This document shows, one piece after another, positions 19,681 to 29,497 of a DNA stretch of 64,000 bases; the first letter of the stretch is position 1; each line of letters starts with the position of its first letter. The notes below the pieces were generated by a model. It saw only the letters and a program-made list of their open reading frames with translations, was not told the origin of the DNA and searched no databases. The translations under genes and the position numbers were made by a program. This DNA is from an uncultured Mucilaginibacter sp. (GTDB lineage Bacteria; Bacteroidota; Bacteroidia; Sphingobacteriales; Sphingobacteriaceae): assembly GCA_964657275.1 (NCBI GenBank), contig CAZZUU010000001.1, forward strand, positions 55-64,054. Direction: 5' to 3'.

Positions 19681-22600
19681 TCAATTAATAAGTGTAACGC
19701 AACCCGAAAGTATTTGGCCGAACATGTTAGTGTCAATAACATAATAATAAGCCCCGGTTGGGAGTAACCTATGATTATACGTGCCATCCCACGGCGTACT
19801 GTATCCAACGGAATGAAATATCTTTTGACCGTACCTGTTAAAAATATCTACCGTTGCCTGCTGGTAGGCAACAAGCCCTACGATATCCCATTTGTCGTTT
19901 ACGCCATCGCCATTGGGTGTGAAAGCATTGGGGATCTTTATTTCCGGCGCAACTTTTATAAAGGTTTGATCCTGGCTTACACAACCAAGGCTATCGGTTA
20001 CAGTAAGAGTGTATGTACGATCGACATCCCCCGTTATTACCGGGTTTTTTAAAGTATTGTCATTGATATTGGTATCCGGCACCCATAAATATTTTACTTT
20101 ATCATCACTTACGGTGGGGTTTAACGTAATTTGTCTGCCTGCCAGTATATATCTCGTACCACCTGCGTTAACACCGGGCGGGCGCATGAAATTTATTATA
20201 AGGGAGCCTGTTGGCAGATAACATTGCCCGGCATCATTTGCCAGGAGCGTTAATTTAACCGAGCCACTTTTAACATCGGCCACAGCAGGGATATATTGTG
20301 TGTTCAGGTCAGAAGGCGAAGGGTTGAATGTCCCCGTTCCTGAGGTGCTCCACAATCCGCCGCCCGGGATCAAAATTTCCCCGTTTAATTGAACACTGCC
20401 CACCTGCGAACAAACCTTTTGATCGGGGCCGGGCATAACGGCTAAAGCCTGACCGAATTTTATAATGATATCAGACGTGGCAAGGTTACAATCATCCGTA
20501 CTTGCCGACGTTAGGGTTAACGTTATATAGCCCTCCGTTCTGTCATGCGCTGACGGAATATACTGCGCTTTTAACTGATCGCTTGCCGGAAAGAATGTTC
20601 CTGTTCCGTTTGTCGTCCATATTCCTTTGTTAGTTCCCCCGCTAATACTGCCATGGAGCTGTATGGCCTGTACAGAGATACACACGAGGGTGTCAATACC
20701 GGCATTTGAATAAGGGGGCGTCCTTACAACAACATCTATAGAAGCTGTTGGGCTGCTGCATCCATTTACTATCACGTTTAAATTATAGGTACCGGATTGA
20801 GCGCCGGTAACGCCGTCAATCTCCGGATTTTGTTTTGAGGAAGTATACCCGTCGGGCCCTGTCCAAAAATAGGCGGCTTTAGGAATAGAAGGGGTATTGA
20901 GCTCTATTTTGCTGCCCGTACAAACAGGGGAATTACTTTTTGCTACAGGCACGGCCGGCTGCGGATTTACGGCAACAATGTAGTTTAGTGCCTGGCCTTG
21001 GCAACCGAACGCCGTTGGGGTAATATTGTAAAAAACGTTATAAGCCGACTGCCCGGTATTAATTAATGTTTCGTCAATGGTCGCTGATGTTTGGTTGTAT
21101 ACCGCCGGGTTACTGATGTTTTTAACGGCATTGCGTTTCCAGGTAAATGTTGCCGAAGGCACGTTTGAGGTTATGGTATAACTCTGTGGTGAACCGCTGC
21201 AGGCTGTGCCAAACCCGGCGCTTGTAATATTTACCGCCGGATTTACGGTTACCTTTAAATCAAATTGGGCGCCAGTGCATTGGCCGGTAGTATAGTTAAT
21301 GATGTAATGTACATCGATGGGGGCATTGGTGGTATTGAACAAAACCTCGCGTATGGTATCGGCTGTTTGTACACTCACTGCCGCATTACTTATTCCCGGT
21401 ACAGCCGCGCGGTTCCAATAAAATTGAATACCGGGCGTATTTGATGTAATGATGTAGTTGCTTGAATTGCCGGTGCATATTGTGGCTGATGTTGAACTGG
21501 TAATAATATTGGTTGAATAAACAGTGACCACGTAGCTAAACGGAATGCCTGAACAACTGTTGCCAACAGGTGTAATAATGTAGGTTACTTTTATATCACT
21601 GTGGCTGATGTTGACCAATGTTTCGCTTATCTCTGCCGTCGTTTGCCCCGTTACGGCTCCATTGCTAATACCCGCAACCTGCGCGCGGCTCCATAAGAAC
21701 GTGGCATTGGGTTGATCGGATGTGATTGTATAATTAAACTGAGCGCCGCTGCAAATGGCACCGGTTGTGGCACTTATTATTTTAGGAGTTGGTAAAACGG
21801 TTACATCAACCTTTGTCCTGGTGCTCGTACATCCATTTACTGCCGACTGAGCAAAATAACTGGTATTTGTTTCTAATCCCGGTGTTACATAAGTGCCGCT
21901 TAATGCCAGTAAATTTCCGCCAACGGCGGCATCATACCATTGGTACGAATCCGGATTGCTCCCTGTAGCCGTCAACGAGCCGGGATTACCCGAACAAACG
22001 GATATGGGTTTCACTATCGGCGGTATGGGTATCGGGTTAACCATTACTAGTACCGCCGTACGGGGGCTGGCTATACCGTTCAATATAGTTTGCACATAGT
22101 AAGTAGTGTTTACTGTTAATGGCGGCGTTACATAAACGGATGCGGATGATAATAGTGTACCGTTTAGCGGTGCGCTATACCACTGATAAACGCCGCTGGC
22201 CGCAACTGCTGATAAATCGGCATTGCTTCCCGAGCAAACGCTGAGCCCCAACGCAATTGGCGCAGGAGGGATAATGGCAAAAGTAAGTGTGAGTGTGTCT
22301 GTTTTAACGCCGCAAACGCCCGGAGGGTCTGCTGAGGTTAAAACAAGTTTTACAAGGGTTTCCTTTGGTGTGGGAGTATAAATAGCATTAACGAGGGTTG
22401 GATCAGAAAAAGTTCCGGATCCTCCCGACCATCTCCCACCGCTCACCCCGCTAATTTTTCCGGCAAGCTGAACGGGGGTTCCAAAAGGCAATGTTTGATC
22501 CGGCCCGGCGGCCACCAAGGCCTGCTGATCTATCGTAACAAGGGTGGAGTCGATGCTTGCGGGGCCGCCGCCGGGCGGTATGCTGGTATCATATACTGTG

Positions 22601-24987
22601 TAAGTGCCGGCTTTACTGCCGGCTAAATTTATTTCACCTGTGTTTGTGTCTGCGAAAGCAAGCCCTGCCGGCGAAGCGCTGAAAGTATTCAGGTTAACCG
22701 CTTTTGCAATGGCAGGCAAAGGATTAATGCCGCCCTGGCAATAGGGGCCGGCATAAGCGAAACCGCCCGTAAGCAATTGTAACACCGTAATAACCGAACT
22801 GTATGACCCAACGCAAGGGCCATTGTTCACAAATGTGATTATGTATTTTCCAGGCGTACTTGCAGCGGCATTAATTTGCCCTGTTTTATTATCTGTGAAT
22901 ACCAGGCCCGCCGGCGAAGCGCTGAAAGTGCCGCCGTAAGGATTATTGAGAATGGGCGATGGGTTTGAGCCCGACGTGCTGACAATTCCCGACTGATAAA
23001 AAAACTGGGTATTGGGTACAAAATATACCGATACGATTACCGGCACCCGCGGACTTGAACAGCCCCCGGTAGCATTTTCAACATAATATATGGTTTTGTC
23101 GAATACAGGAGGCGTAGTAAATGTATTGCCGGTTGCTATCAAATTCCCTTGTATGGCCGCATCATACCATAATATCATCCCGCCCGAAGGGGCAACTGCC
23201 GTTAAAGTAGCTGGTGAACCCGGGCAAACGGAAACATTTGTCACCGCAGGCGAAGAAGGAAAAGGGTTTACCGTAACGGTTACAGGTGTGCGGGCGCTTA
23301 AGCATCCGTTCATCGTATTTTCAACATAATAAGTTGTGGTTACCGACAGCGCAGGGGTTACAAGGGTGCTTTGGGCCGATAATAAATTGCCGCCGGATGC
23401 GCTGTCGTACCAGCCATAGCCGCCTCCCGAACCCATGGCAGTGAGTACAGCAAAGCTACCGGAACAAATGGTAGTATTTAAAGCAGAAGGTGCCGGCACA
23501 AGCGGAAGAACAGAAACCGTTACCGGAACGCGCTGGCTTATACAACCTCCCGCCATGTTTTGCACATAATAAGTAGTGTTTTGAATTAATGCAGCTGTAA
23601 CATAGCTGGAGCCCGCAGCTAACAGGTTGCCGCCCGTTGCGGCATCATACCATTGATAGGTACCGCCCGTTGTTGTTGGCGTTAAAATAGCCGAGGTTCC
23701 GTAACAGATTAACGGCGCTGATACCACAGGCGCGGGCGGAGGGGTGTTTACCGTAACATTTACAGGTACCAGATCGCTCACGCAACTCCCTTCAATGGAC
23801 CGCACGTAGTAAGTGGTTGAACTATTTAAAATTGGGGTGATAAAGGTGTTACCGGTTGCCAGCAAATTCGATCCGGCGGCGCTATCAAACCATTGATAGG
23901 CGGTTCCTGTTGACGTAACGCTTAAAACCGTTTTGCTGCCGTAACAGATAGAAACATTTTGTACCGCCGGCAGCGCAGGAATCGGGTTCACAGTTACCGT
24001 TACCGGGATGCGTGAACTCTCGCACGTGTTTAATGAAGTTTGTACATAATAGGTGGCTGTATTTTTTAGCAGGGGCGTTGTAAAATCGGGACTGATGATC
24101 AGGGGCGTACCCCCAACCGGCACATCATACCACTCAACCAGCCCGGTCGGGACGTCCGCATGCAGGCTTGTGGCTGTTGAATAACAGACCGAAGTATTTG
24201 AAACAACAGGCACCTGTGGTGGTGGCGTCACGGTTGCTGTAACAGGGATAAGCTGACCGGCACATCCGCTGATCACAGCAGATAAATAATAGACCGTGGT
24301 TTTAAGCAATGGCGGTGTGGTGAAATTTGCCCCGGTCCCCACCAGGTTTCCACCCGACGCGGCATCGTACCACAAATAGCTCTGCCCGCCCGTTGCCGAC
24401 AAAGTTGCCGTACTGCCTACGCAAACCACAGCATTTGTAACAGTTGCCTTTCCGTTAAGATCGACCGAAACAGCGGTTCGGGCGCTGGTACAATCGCCTA
24501 TGGTGGTTTCTACATAAAAAGTAGTTGCTACTGCAATTGGGCCCGTTACATACGTGGCGCCGTTACCCAGGAAGTTCCCGCCGGCAACTGCATCATACCA
24601 TTGATACGAACCACCGGGCGAGGTGGCTGTAAGTGTTGCCGATGTATTTTGGCAAACAACAGCATTTTTCACAACCGGCTGGGCCGGTGTTGGCGAGGCA
24701 GTAATGTTGATACTTTTATTTACAGGCTGGCATCCCGGGGTATTATCGCTTACCGTAATGGAATAATTACCCGCTTTATTTACGCTGATGGATTGCGTTG
24801 TTTCACCTGTACTCCAAATATAAGTATACGGGCCAATGCCTCCTGACGGAGTTGCTGTAAGCGTTACGGCATTGCCCGAGCAAATTGCGGTGCCCGACGA
24901 TGCCAGGCTTACTGCCAGCGTACAATTCTGGCCGTAGGATCTTGACCAAAGGAATAACAAAAGGACCAAATAAAATCTCAACTTCAT
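19681..24987 (-). CDS. Large T9SS type-B cargo surface protein (gliding-motility-associated/CHU_C C-terminal domain) with Ig-like and PKD-like repeats
   Basis: Signal peptide MKLRFYLV; nine ~80-aa YxWYDAAxGGNLL..TP.L..TTTYYV repeats, three W.R.AV.GISN.AV repeats; C-terminal IPNAFTPNGDGVND..IFNRYG..WDGT..LPTGAYYY. Confidence 0.92.
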   Translation of the reverse strand: MKLRFYLVLLLFLWSRSYGQNCTLAVSLASSGTAICSGNAVTLTATPSGGIGPYTYIWSTGETTQSISVNKAGNYSITVSDNTPGCQPVNKSINITASPTPAQPVVKNAVVCQNTSATLTATSPGGSYQWYDAVAGGNFLGNGATYVTGPIAVATTFYVETTIGDCTSARTAVSVDLNGKATVTNAVVCVGSTATLSATGGQSYLWYDAASGGNLVGTGANFTTPPLLKTTVYYLSAVISGCAGQLIPVTATVTPPPQVPVVSNTSVCYSTATSLHADVPTGLVEWYDVPVGGTPLIISPDFTTPLLKNTATYYVQTSLNTCESSRIPVTVTVNPIPALPAVQNVSICYGSKTVLSVTSTGTAYQWFDSAAGSNLLATGNTFITPILNSSTTYYVRSIEGSCVSDLVPVNVTVNTPPPAPVVSAPLICYGTSAILTPTTTGGTYQWYDAATGGNLLAAGSSYVTAALIQNTTYYVQNMAGGCISQRVPVTVSVLPLVPAPSALNTTICSGSFAVLTAMGSGGGYGWYDSASGGNLLSAQSTLVTPALSVTTTYYVENTMNGCLSARTPVTVTVNPFPSSPAVTNVSVCPGSPATLTAVAPSGGMILWYDAAIQGNLIATGNTFTTPPVFDKTIYYVENATGGCSSPRVPVIVSVYFVPNTQFFYQSGIVSTSGSNPSPILNNPYGGTFSASPAGLVFTDNKTGQINAAASTPGKYIITFVNNGPCVGSYSSVITVLQLLTGGFAYAGPYCQGGINPLPAIAKAVNLNTFSASPAGLAFADTNTGEINLAGSKAGTYTVYDTSIPPGGGPASIDSTLVTIDQQALVAAGPDQTLPFGTPVQLAGKISGVSGGRWSGGSGTFSDPTLVNAIYTPTPKETLVKLVLTSADPPGVCGVKTDTLTLTFAIIPPAPIALGLSVCSGSNADLSAVAASGVYQWYSAPLNGTLLSSASVYVTPPLTVNTTYYVQTILNGIASPRTAVLVMVNPIPIPPIVKPISVCSGNPGSLTATGSNPDSYQWYDAAVGGNLLALSGTYVTPGLETNTSYFAQSAVNGCTSTRTKVDVTVLPTPKIISATTGAICSGAQFNYTITSDQPNATFLWSRAQVAGISNGAVTGQTTAEISETLVNISHSDIKVTYIITPVGNSCSGIPFSYVVTVYSTNIITSSTSATICTGNSSNYIITSNTPGIQFYWNRAAVPGISNAAVSVQTADTIREVLFNTTNAPIDVHYIINYTTGQCTGAQFDLKVTVNPAVNITSAGFGTACSGSPQSYTITSNVPSATFTWKRNAVKNISNPAVYNQTSATIDETLINTGQSAYNVFYNITPTAFGCQGQALNYIVAVNPQPAVPVAKSNSPVCTGSKIELNTPSIPKAAYFWTGPDGYTSSKQNPEIDGVTGAQSGTYNLNVIVNGCSSPTASIDVVVRTPPYSNAGIDTLVCISVQAIQLHGSISGGTNKGIWTTNGTGTFFPASDQLKAQYIPSAHDRTEGYITLTLTSASTDDCNLATSDIIIKFGQALAVMPGPDQKVCSQVGSVQLNGEILIPGGGLWSTSGTGTFNPSPSDLNTQYIPAVADVKSGSVKLTLLANDAGQCYLPTGSLIINFMRPPGVNAGGTRYILAGRQITLNPTVSDDKVKYLWVPDTNINDNTLKNPVITGDVDRTYTLTVTDSLGCVSQDQTFIKVAPEIKIPNAFTPNGDGVNDKWDIVGLVAYQQATVDIFNRYGQKIFHSVGYSTPWDGTYNHRLLPTGAYYYVIDTNMFGQILSGCVTLIN

Positions 24988-25160
24988 GAAAGCATTTGCA
25001 CATCGCTTGCAAAGGGGCTGCCACAATATAATTGCCTGTAAATCAATGCGTATAAATAATCAAATTGCTTCAAGCTTCCATATTCTGGAATATTTTTCCG
25101 GTGATTGGGAATAGATTTATGGCGTTGATTATCTATTGCTTTATTAAATCGAAGAAATAT

Positions 25161-25240
25161 GTGTTTGTCCGTCCGCTTTGGGCTTACACACATTGGGACA
25201 GGCGGACGGGTTTGGCGGCATGTTGTCTTTGCACTTTGCC
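25161..25240 (+). repeat. Hairpin repeat copy B (related to 19535-19615)
   Basis: gtgtttgtccgtccgctttgggctta...acaggcggacgg...tctttgcacttt; stem ccgtccgc/gcggacgg. Confidence 0.6.
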
Positions 25241-25324
25241 CGGCTGGTTCAGATTCATATCTTTATATCGTAAAACAAATAACACAACTAAACAGCACCT
25301 CGACTAACAATCAACAAATAAATT

Positions 25325-25945
25325 ATGAGCAAAATTATCTTCGATAGCGGCATATCACTTGATGGCTATTTCGCGGGCGATAACAGGAGCCCGGATAACC
25401 CGATGGGCGGCGTTTCCGGGAAAATACATGCGTGGATGTTTAAACAAAAAGCATTTTGGAAACACATCAGGATGGAAGGCGGTGAAGAATACGGCGCCGA
25501 CAGTATATTAATTGATGATGTGCTTGCACGTGCAGGGGCCTACATTATGGGAAAGCGAATGTTTGAAGAAGGCGAAGTGCACTGGGTAGAAGATTTATTT
25601 GAAGCAGATGTTTACGTGCTGACACACGAGGTACGGGAACCCTGGGTTCAAAAGGGCACAACAACATTTTATTTCATCAATGACGGCATACAAAGCGCAT
25701 TAGAAAAAGCCAAACAATCAGCCAAAGGAAAGGACATCAGGATACAGGGTGGTGCAGATACGATTCAACAATATCTAAATGCAGGGCTTGTAGACGAATT
25801 TTTCATTCACATTGCCCCCGTTTTTTTAGGAAGCGGTATCCGGCTGTTTGATGGCATCGACAAGGATAAATACGATATTCAAATTGTGGAAGTAATACCA
25901 TCCGACCTGACAACACACCTGAGATATAAGCTCACTAAGAAATAA
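25325..25945 (+). CDS. Dihydrofolate reductase (RibD C-terminal) family protein
   Basis: ISLDGYFAG, MGKRMFE, QGGADTIQQYLNAGLVDEFFIHIAPVFLGSGIRLF. Confidence 0.9.
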   Translation: MSKIIFDSGISLDGYFAGDNRSPDNPMGGVSGKIHAWMFKQKAFWKHIRMEGGEEYGADSILIDDVLARAGAYIMGKRMFEEGEVHWVEDLFEADVYVLTHEVREPWVQKGTTTFYFINDGIQSALEKAKQSAKGKDIRIQGGADTIQQYLNAGLVDEFFIHIAPVFLGSGIRLFDGIDKDKYDIQIVEVIPSDLTTHLRYKLTKK

Positions 25946-26039
25946 GAATAACCCCAACCTGCCATGCGACTGAAAGACTGTCTCGGGTGTAAATATGAGC
26001 CGTTAATACCTTGATGATTATTCATCCGGTGGGGAAATG

Positions 26040-27833
26040 CTATTTGCTATCCAAACTTTTGATAAATGCGATTACCTCATCGCTCTCTTTTTTGGTGAGA
26101 TCAAGCTTATCGAAAGGCAGGGTTTGGTTATCAACCGGGTATCCCAACCCTGCGCCGCCGCCTTTATTGTAAAAATCCATCACCTGCTGCAAGGTAGTAA
26201 ACACCCCGTTGTGCATATAGGGAGCAGTGCGGGAGGTATTTCGTACCGTGCTGATTTTAAATGCATGTTTAAAAGCATTGATCTTTAATATAGCATATCT
26301 ACCCATATCGTCATCGATCACCTGCTCAGCTAAAGATTTCGGGACGCCTATTACTTCACTCTCAATCAGCATATATCTTGGCGGGAACGTGCCGTTAAAT
26401 AAAGGCATATAATGGCAGGTACCGCATTTGGCTTTCCCCATAAACAAATTAAACCCGGCAATTTCCTGCTGGTTGATTACCGCTTTGTTGCCCCGCATGT
26501 ATTCGTCAAAACGGCTGTTCAGCAGCGCCAAACTGCGCACATATGAACCTATAGCATTCATTACCTCCAGCGTGTCTATTCCCTTTCTGTCTTTTTTTGG
26601 AAACGCAGCTGAGAACAATTGCCTGTAACCTTCGTTTTTCCAAAGACGGATAGCTGCCAATTTCATCGATCCGTGCATTTCGTCTTTGTTCTGCACCACG
26701 GCAAGCGACTGGCTTTCCAGTGTACTTACCCGAAGATCATAAAATTGGGAGGGCTGCAATGCTGCGTTTAACAGGGTTGGGGTGTTTCTTCTTAATGGCG
26801 TTTTCTTACCAAACAATGTGTTTTTTACGAGTCCGTCGGTAAAAGCTTTTTCAGGCCGGTGGCATGACTGGCAGCTTCGGCTTCCATTTCCGGAAAGGAT
26901 GGCGTCGCCAAACAAAACCTTACCCAGAGCTACCTTTTTTTCCGACGAAAAACTTTCCGGATCGGGCGCATAGGCGTTGGGGTTAAAAGCATCCTTATCA
27001 AATAGGGTTTTAGCATCCTGGTTTAACAGCCGGTTGTACCGGATAATATGGATCTTTAGCTTTTTTTCGAGATTCGTTATACTCGTGCTTAATGGATTAC
27101 CATATCGCGTGATAAATGTAGCCCTGTTAAAGGTATTGAAATTGGTATTGTTTTTCAGATAGTGTGCTGCTGCTTCAAGTTCTGCGGGCAAGTTCTCATT
27201 ACCTGCTTTATCTTCATAATAAGCGAGCACGGTTTTCAAACTTTCAAGACTTGTGGCCGCTTCCTGCATACTTTTCTGCGTAAGCGGATCGTCAAAGCCG
27301 GTAATACCCAATGATAATATCCTGTATATTTCGAGTTTGCTCGCGTCAAATACCTGCCAGTCGAAAATGTCAATATTGGCGTAATATGTCTTGAACTTAT
27401 CGCAGCCGGCTTGTAATAACTTCAACTGGTTTAACAATTCCTGTTTTTTAGCCCGGTCGTATCTGGGGAACAGGTAGCCTTCGATTACCTGTAATCCGGC
27501 AGGTTCAAATACCTGGCCGTTCGACATTTCAACCTCCTGTACCGGTGGACCATTAACAAACCGCGAGGTAGCGGGTGTAAAGTACTCGGCCGCCCACTCA
27601 AACTTTTTATAGGCTAACCTGGTTTGAAGAAACAGTTGCTGTAGTTGTTTTTCATTAACAGTTGCATTTTCGGCAGCAGCCATCATTTTGTCTTTAAGCC
27701 CCGCAAAGCTGTCTATCTGCATTAATACCGTTTGTGCTATCGCCTTTTCGGGCGGTATCGCGGGCTTGCACGAATAAAAACAATATCCCGTAATTAAAAG
27801 GATCACTACAGATATGAAAACAAATTTTCTCAT
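26040..27833 (-). CDS. Di-heme cytochrome c peroxidase/MauG-superfamily protein with helical (imelysin-like) N-terminal extension
   Basis: Two CXXCH motifs (CQSCH, CGTCH), RNTPTLLN, TAPYMHNG; ~250-aa N-terminal helical domain. Confidence 0.88.
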   Translation of the reverse strand: MRKFVFISVVILLITGYCFYSCKPAIPPEKAIAQTVLMQIDSFAGLKDKMMAAAENATVNEKQLQQLFLQTRLAYKKFEWAAEYFTPATSRFVNGPPVQEVEMSNGQVFEPAGLQVIEGYLFPRYDRAKKQELLNQLKLLQAGCDKFKTYYANIDIFDWQVFDASKLEIYRILSLGITGFDDPLTQKSMQEAATSLESLKTVLAYYEDKAGNENLPAELEAAAHYLKNNTNFNTFNRATFITRYGNPLSTSITNLEKKLKIHIIRYNRLLNQDAKTLFDKDAFNPNAYAPDPESFSSEKKVALGKVLFGDAILSGNGSRSCQSCHRPEKAFTDGLVKNTLFGKKTPLRRNTPTLLNAALQPSQFYDLRVSTLESQSLAVVQNKDEMHGSMKLAAIRLWKNEGYRQLFSAAFPKKDRKGIDTLEVMNAIGSYVRSLALLNSRFDEYMRGNKAVINQQEIAGFNLFMGKAKCGTCHYMPLFNGTFPPRYMLIESEVIGVPKSLAEQVIDDDMGRYAILKINAFKHAFKISTVRNTSRTAPYMHNGVFTTLQQVMDFYNKGGGAGLGYPVDNQTLPFDKLDLTKKESDEVIAFIKSLDSK

Positions 27834-27880
27834 TATAAAAAATTAGCCAGGCTGGCTTTCGCCGATACGGATAGTTATTA

Positions 27881-27914
27881 AAAACAAAAGGGAGCGGCTG
27901 ATTGGCCGCTCCTT
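27881..27914 (-). terminator. Rho-independent terminator after the phosphoesterase gene
   Basis: Minus strand aaggagcggc-caatca-gccgctccc followed by ttttgtttt. Confidence 0.65.
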
Positions 27915-27956
27915 AATTGTATTATTTTTCCTGTGTATTAAACAGGAATCAAAACC

Positions 27957-29318
27957 TTAAAAGTTAAAGGCATTTGTTAGCGGATTGGCGTTTTTATCGC
28001 GGGTAGCCAATGGTGTTAAACCCCACCTTTTCTCAATAAATGAGAGGATGCCTACGGTTTCATATTGTGTATGGTCAACATAACCCTGTTTTGCAAATGG
28101 CGAAATAATTATTGCAGGAACGCGGGTACCTGGACCCCATTTGGTGTCAATTACCGGCGGCGCAACGTGGTCCCAAAACCCTCCATTTTCGTCATAAGTT
28201 ATAATGATCACAGCATCTTTGCCATTTGGACCGTTTAAAACGTCGTTCACTAACTGCATAGTATGCGTTTCACCTGCGTCAAGCGCTGCATAACCCGGAT
28301 GTTCATTGTTGACACCCAGTGGCTTTACAAACGAAACGCTTGGTAAGGTGCCCGCTTGTGCTGCCGCTATAAATACAGTTTCATCTTTCAGGTGATCTTT
28401 TTTCAGTTGTGTTCCATCAGCGTAGTTAGCATAGTAGATAAATGGCTGGTGATGAAACTGGAAGGTAGGGTCAGGGTTACCTGCCAAAGCATTATCCCAT
28501 CCGCCTGAATACCATGCCCATGATACTCCCTTATCATTTAACCTGTCGCCAATGGTAGGATTGGTTTGGTTAGGAATTAGGTTTGCCGTTGCAGTAGTTG
28601 CCGGGTGTGGCGCGTTAACGCTGTAGCTGGTATTTACAACAAATCCGTCGGGCGTCACCACGCCATCGGTAACAACTTTTCCAGAGCCATCAAGCACAGC
28701 CACCATGCTGGTAGGCGCATTTGGAAATGTAGGACTTGCAGAAGCAATTAGCCATTGGTGATTTAAGAAGGAACCACCAAATGCGCTATGGTAAAAGTTA
28801 TCGCACAAGGTATATTTTTGAGCAAGGGCCAGCATTGGCAATATGCTGGTTTTATAATACCCTTGCGACAAACCTGCCGAAGTATTATATAACGCATATT
28901 TATCCATTTTACCGCCGTCAATCTGAATTTGCTCCTGGTAATAACGGTGCAAAACATCGGGTATTTCCTGGTCAGCCGGAACGTATTGGTCGATATTGAA
29001 AAAATTATTGCTGAGGTTGGTAGGGAATGCACTTGTACCCGGAATAGCAGGCAGAGATGTATAAGTAGCACCGGTGGCATCAACTTGTGTGGTATTGGCC
29101 GCGGTGGCATTTGATAACCCGTTAGCGCCGGCAAATTGCCCATACAAATTATCAAAACTGTGATTTTCAAGGTAAATGACCACTACGTGATTTACTTTGT
29201 TTATACCGGTTGCGGTAGTTTTTTCGTTTTTCTTGCAGCCTGCAAGGCCTAAAAATAACATTGCAATAACAGCCGCTGTTATTGAAGGTGTTGTTGAAGT
29301 GTGGAGATGTTTTTTCAT
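27957..29318 (-). CDS. Phosphoesterase family (AcpA acid phosphatase/phospholipase C-like) lipoprotein
   Basis: Lipobox LAGC, ENHSFDN, GGSFLNH (Ser nucleophile region), NEHPG, TYDENGGFWDHV, GTRVPAIIISP. Confidence 0.9.
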   Translation of the reverse strand: MKKHLHTSTTPSITAAVIAMLFLGLAGCKKNEKTTATGINKVNHVVVIYLENHSFDNLYGQFAGANGLSNATAANTTQVDATGATYTSLPAIPGTSAFPTNLSNNFFNIDQYVPADQEIPDVLHRYYQEQIQIDGGKMDKYALYNTSAGLSQGYYKTSILPMLALAQKYTLCDNFYHSAFGGSFLNHQWLIASASPTFPNAPTSMVAVLDGSGKVVTDGVVTPDGFVVNTSYSVNAPHPATTATANLIPNQTNPTIGDRLNDKGVSWAWYSGGWDNALAGNPDPTFQFHHQPFIYYANYADGTQLKKDHLKDETVFIAAAQAGTLPSVSFVKPLGVNNEHPGYAALDAGETHTMQLVNDVLNGPNGKDAVIIITYDENGGFWDHVAPPVIDTKWGPGTRVPAIIISPFAKQGYVDHTQYETVGILSFIEKRWGLTPLATRDKNANPLTNAFNF

Positions 29319-29497
29319 GAGCGTTCAATTTTCCGTTTTTTATGATACGAAAAACGCCCATTAGCGTGAATAGAATATTAGTGACAGGTAATCATTTTAT
29401 TAATTTATCAGCTCCAATATATTAATAAGATAACATTGCCTTTTGCTTTTTGCAGAAACGGGAATAATTCGATATAATTGAGTATAATCCATATTAA

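Noticed and set aside
29361-29440. Possible 11-bp-periodic Pho-box-like repeats upstream of the phosphoesterase
   Set aside because: Too degenerate in AT-rich sequence to support by eye
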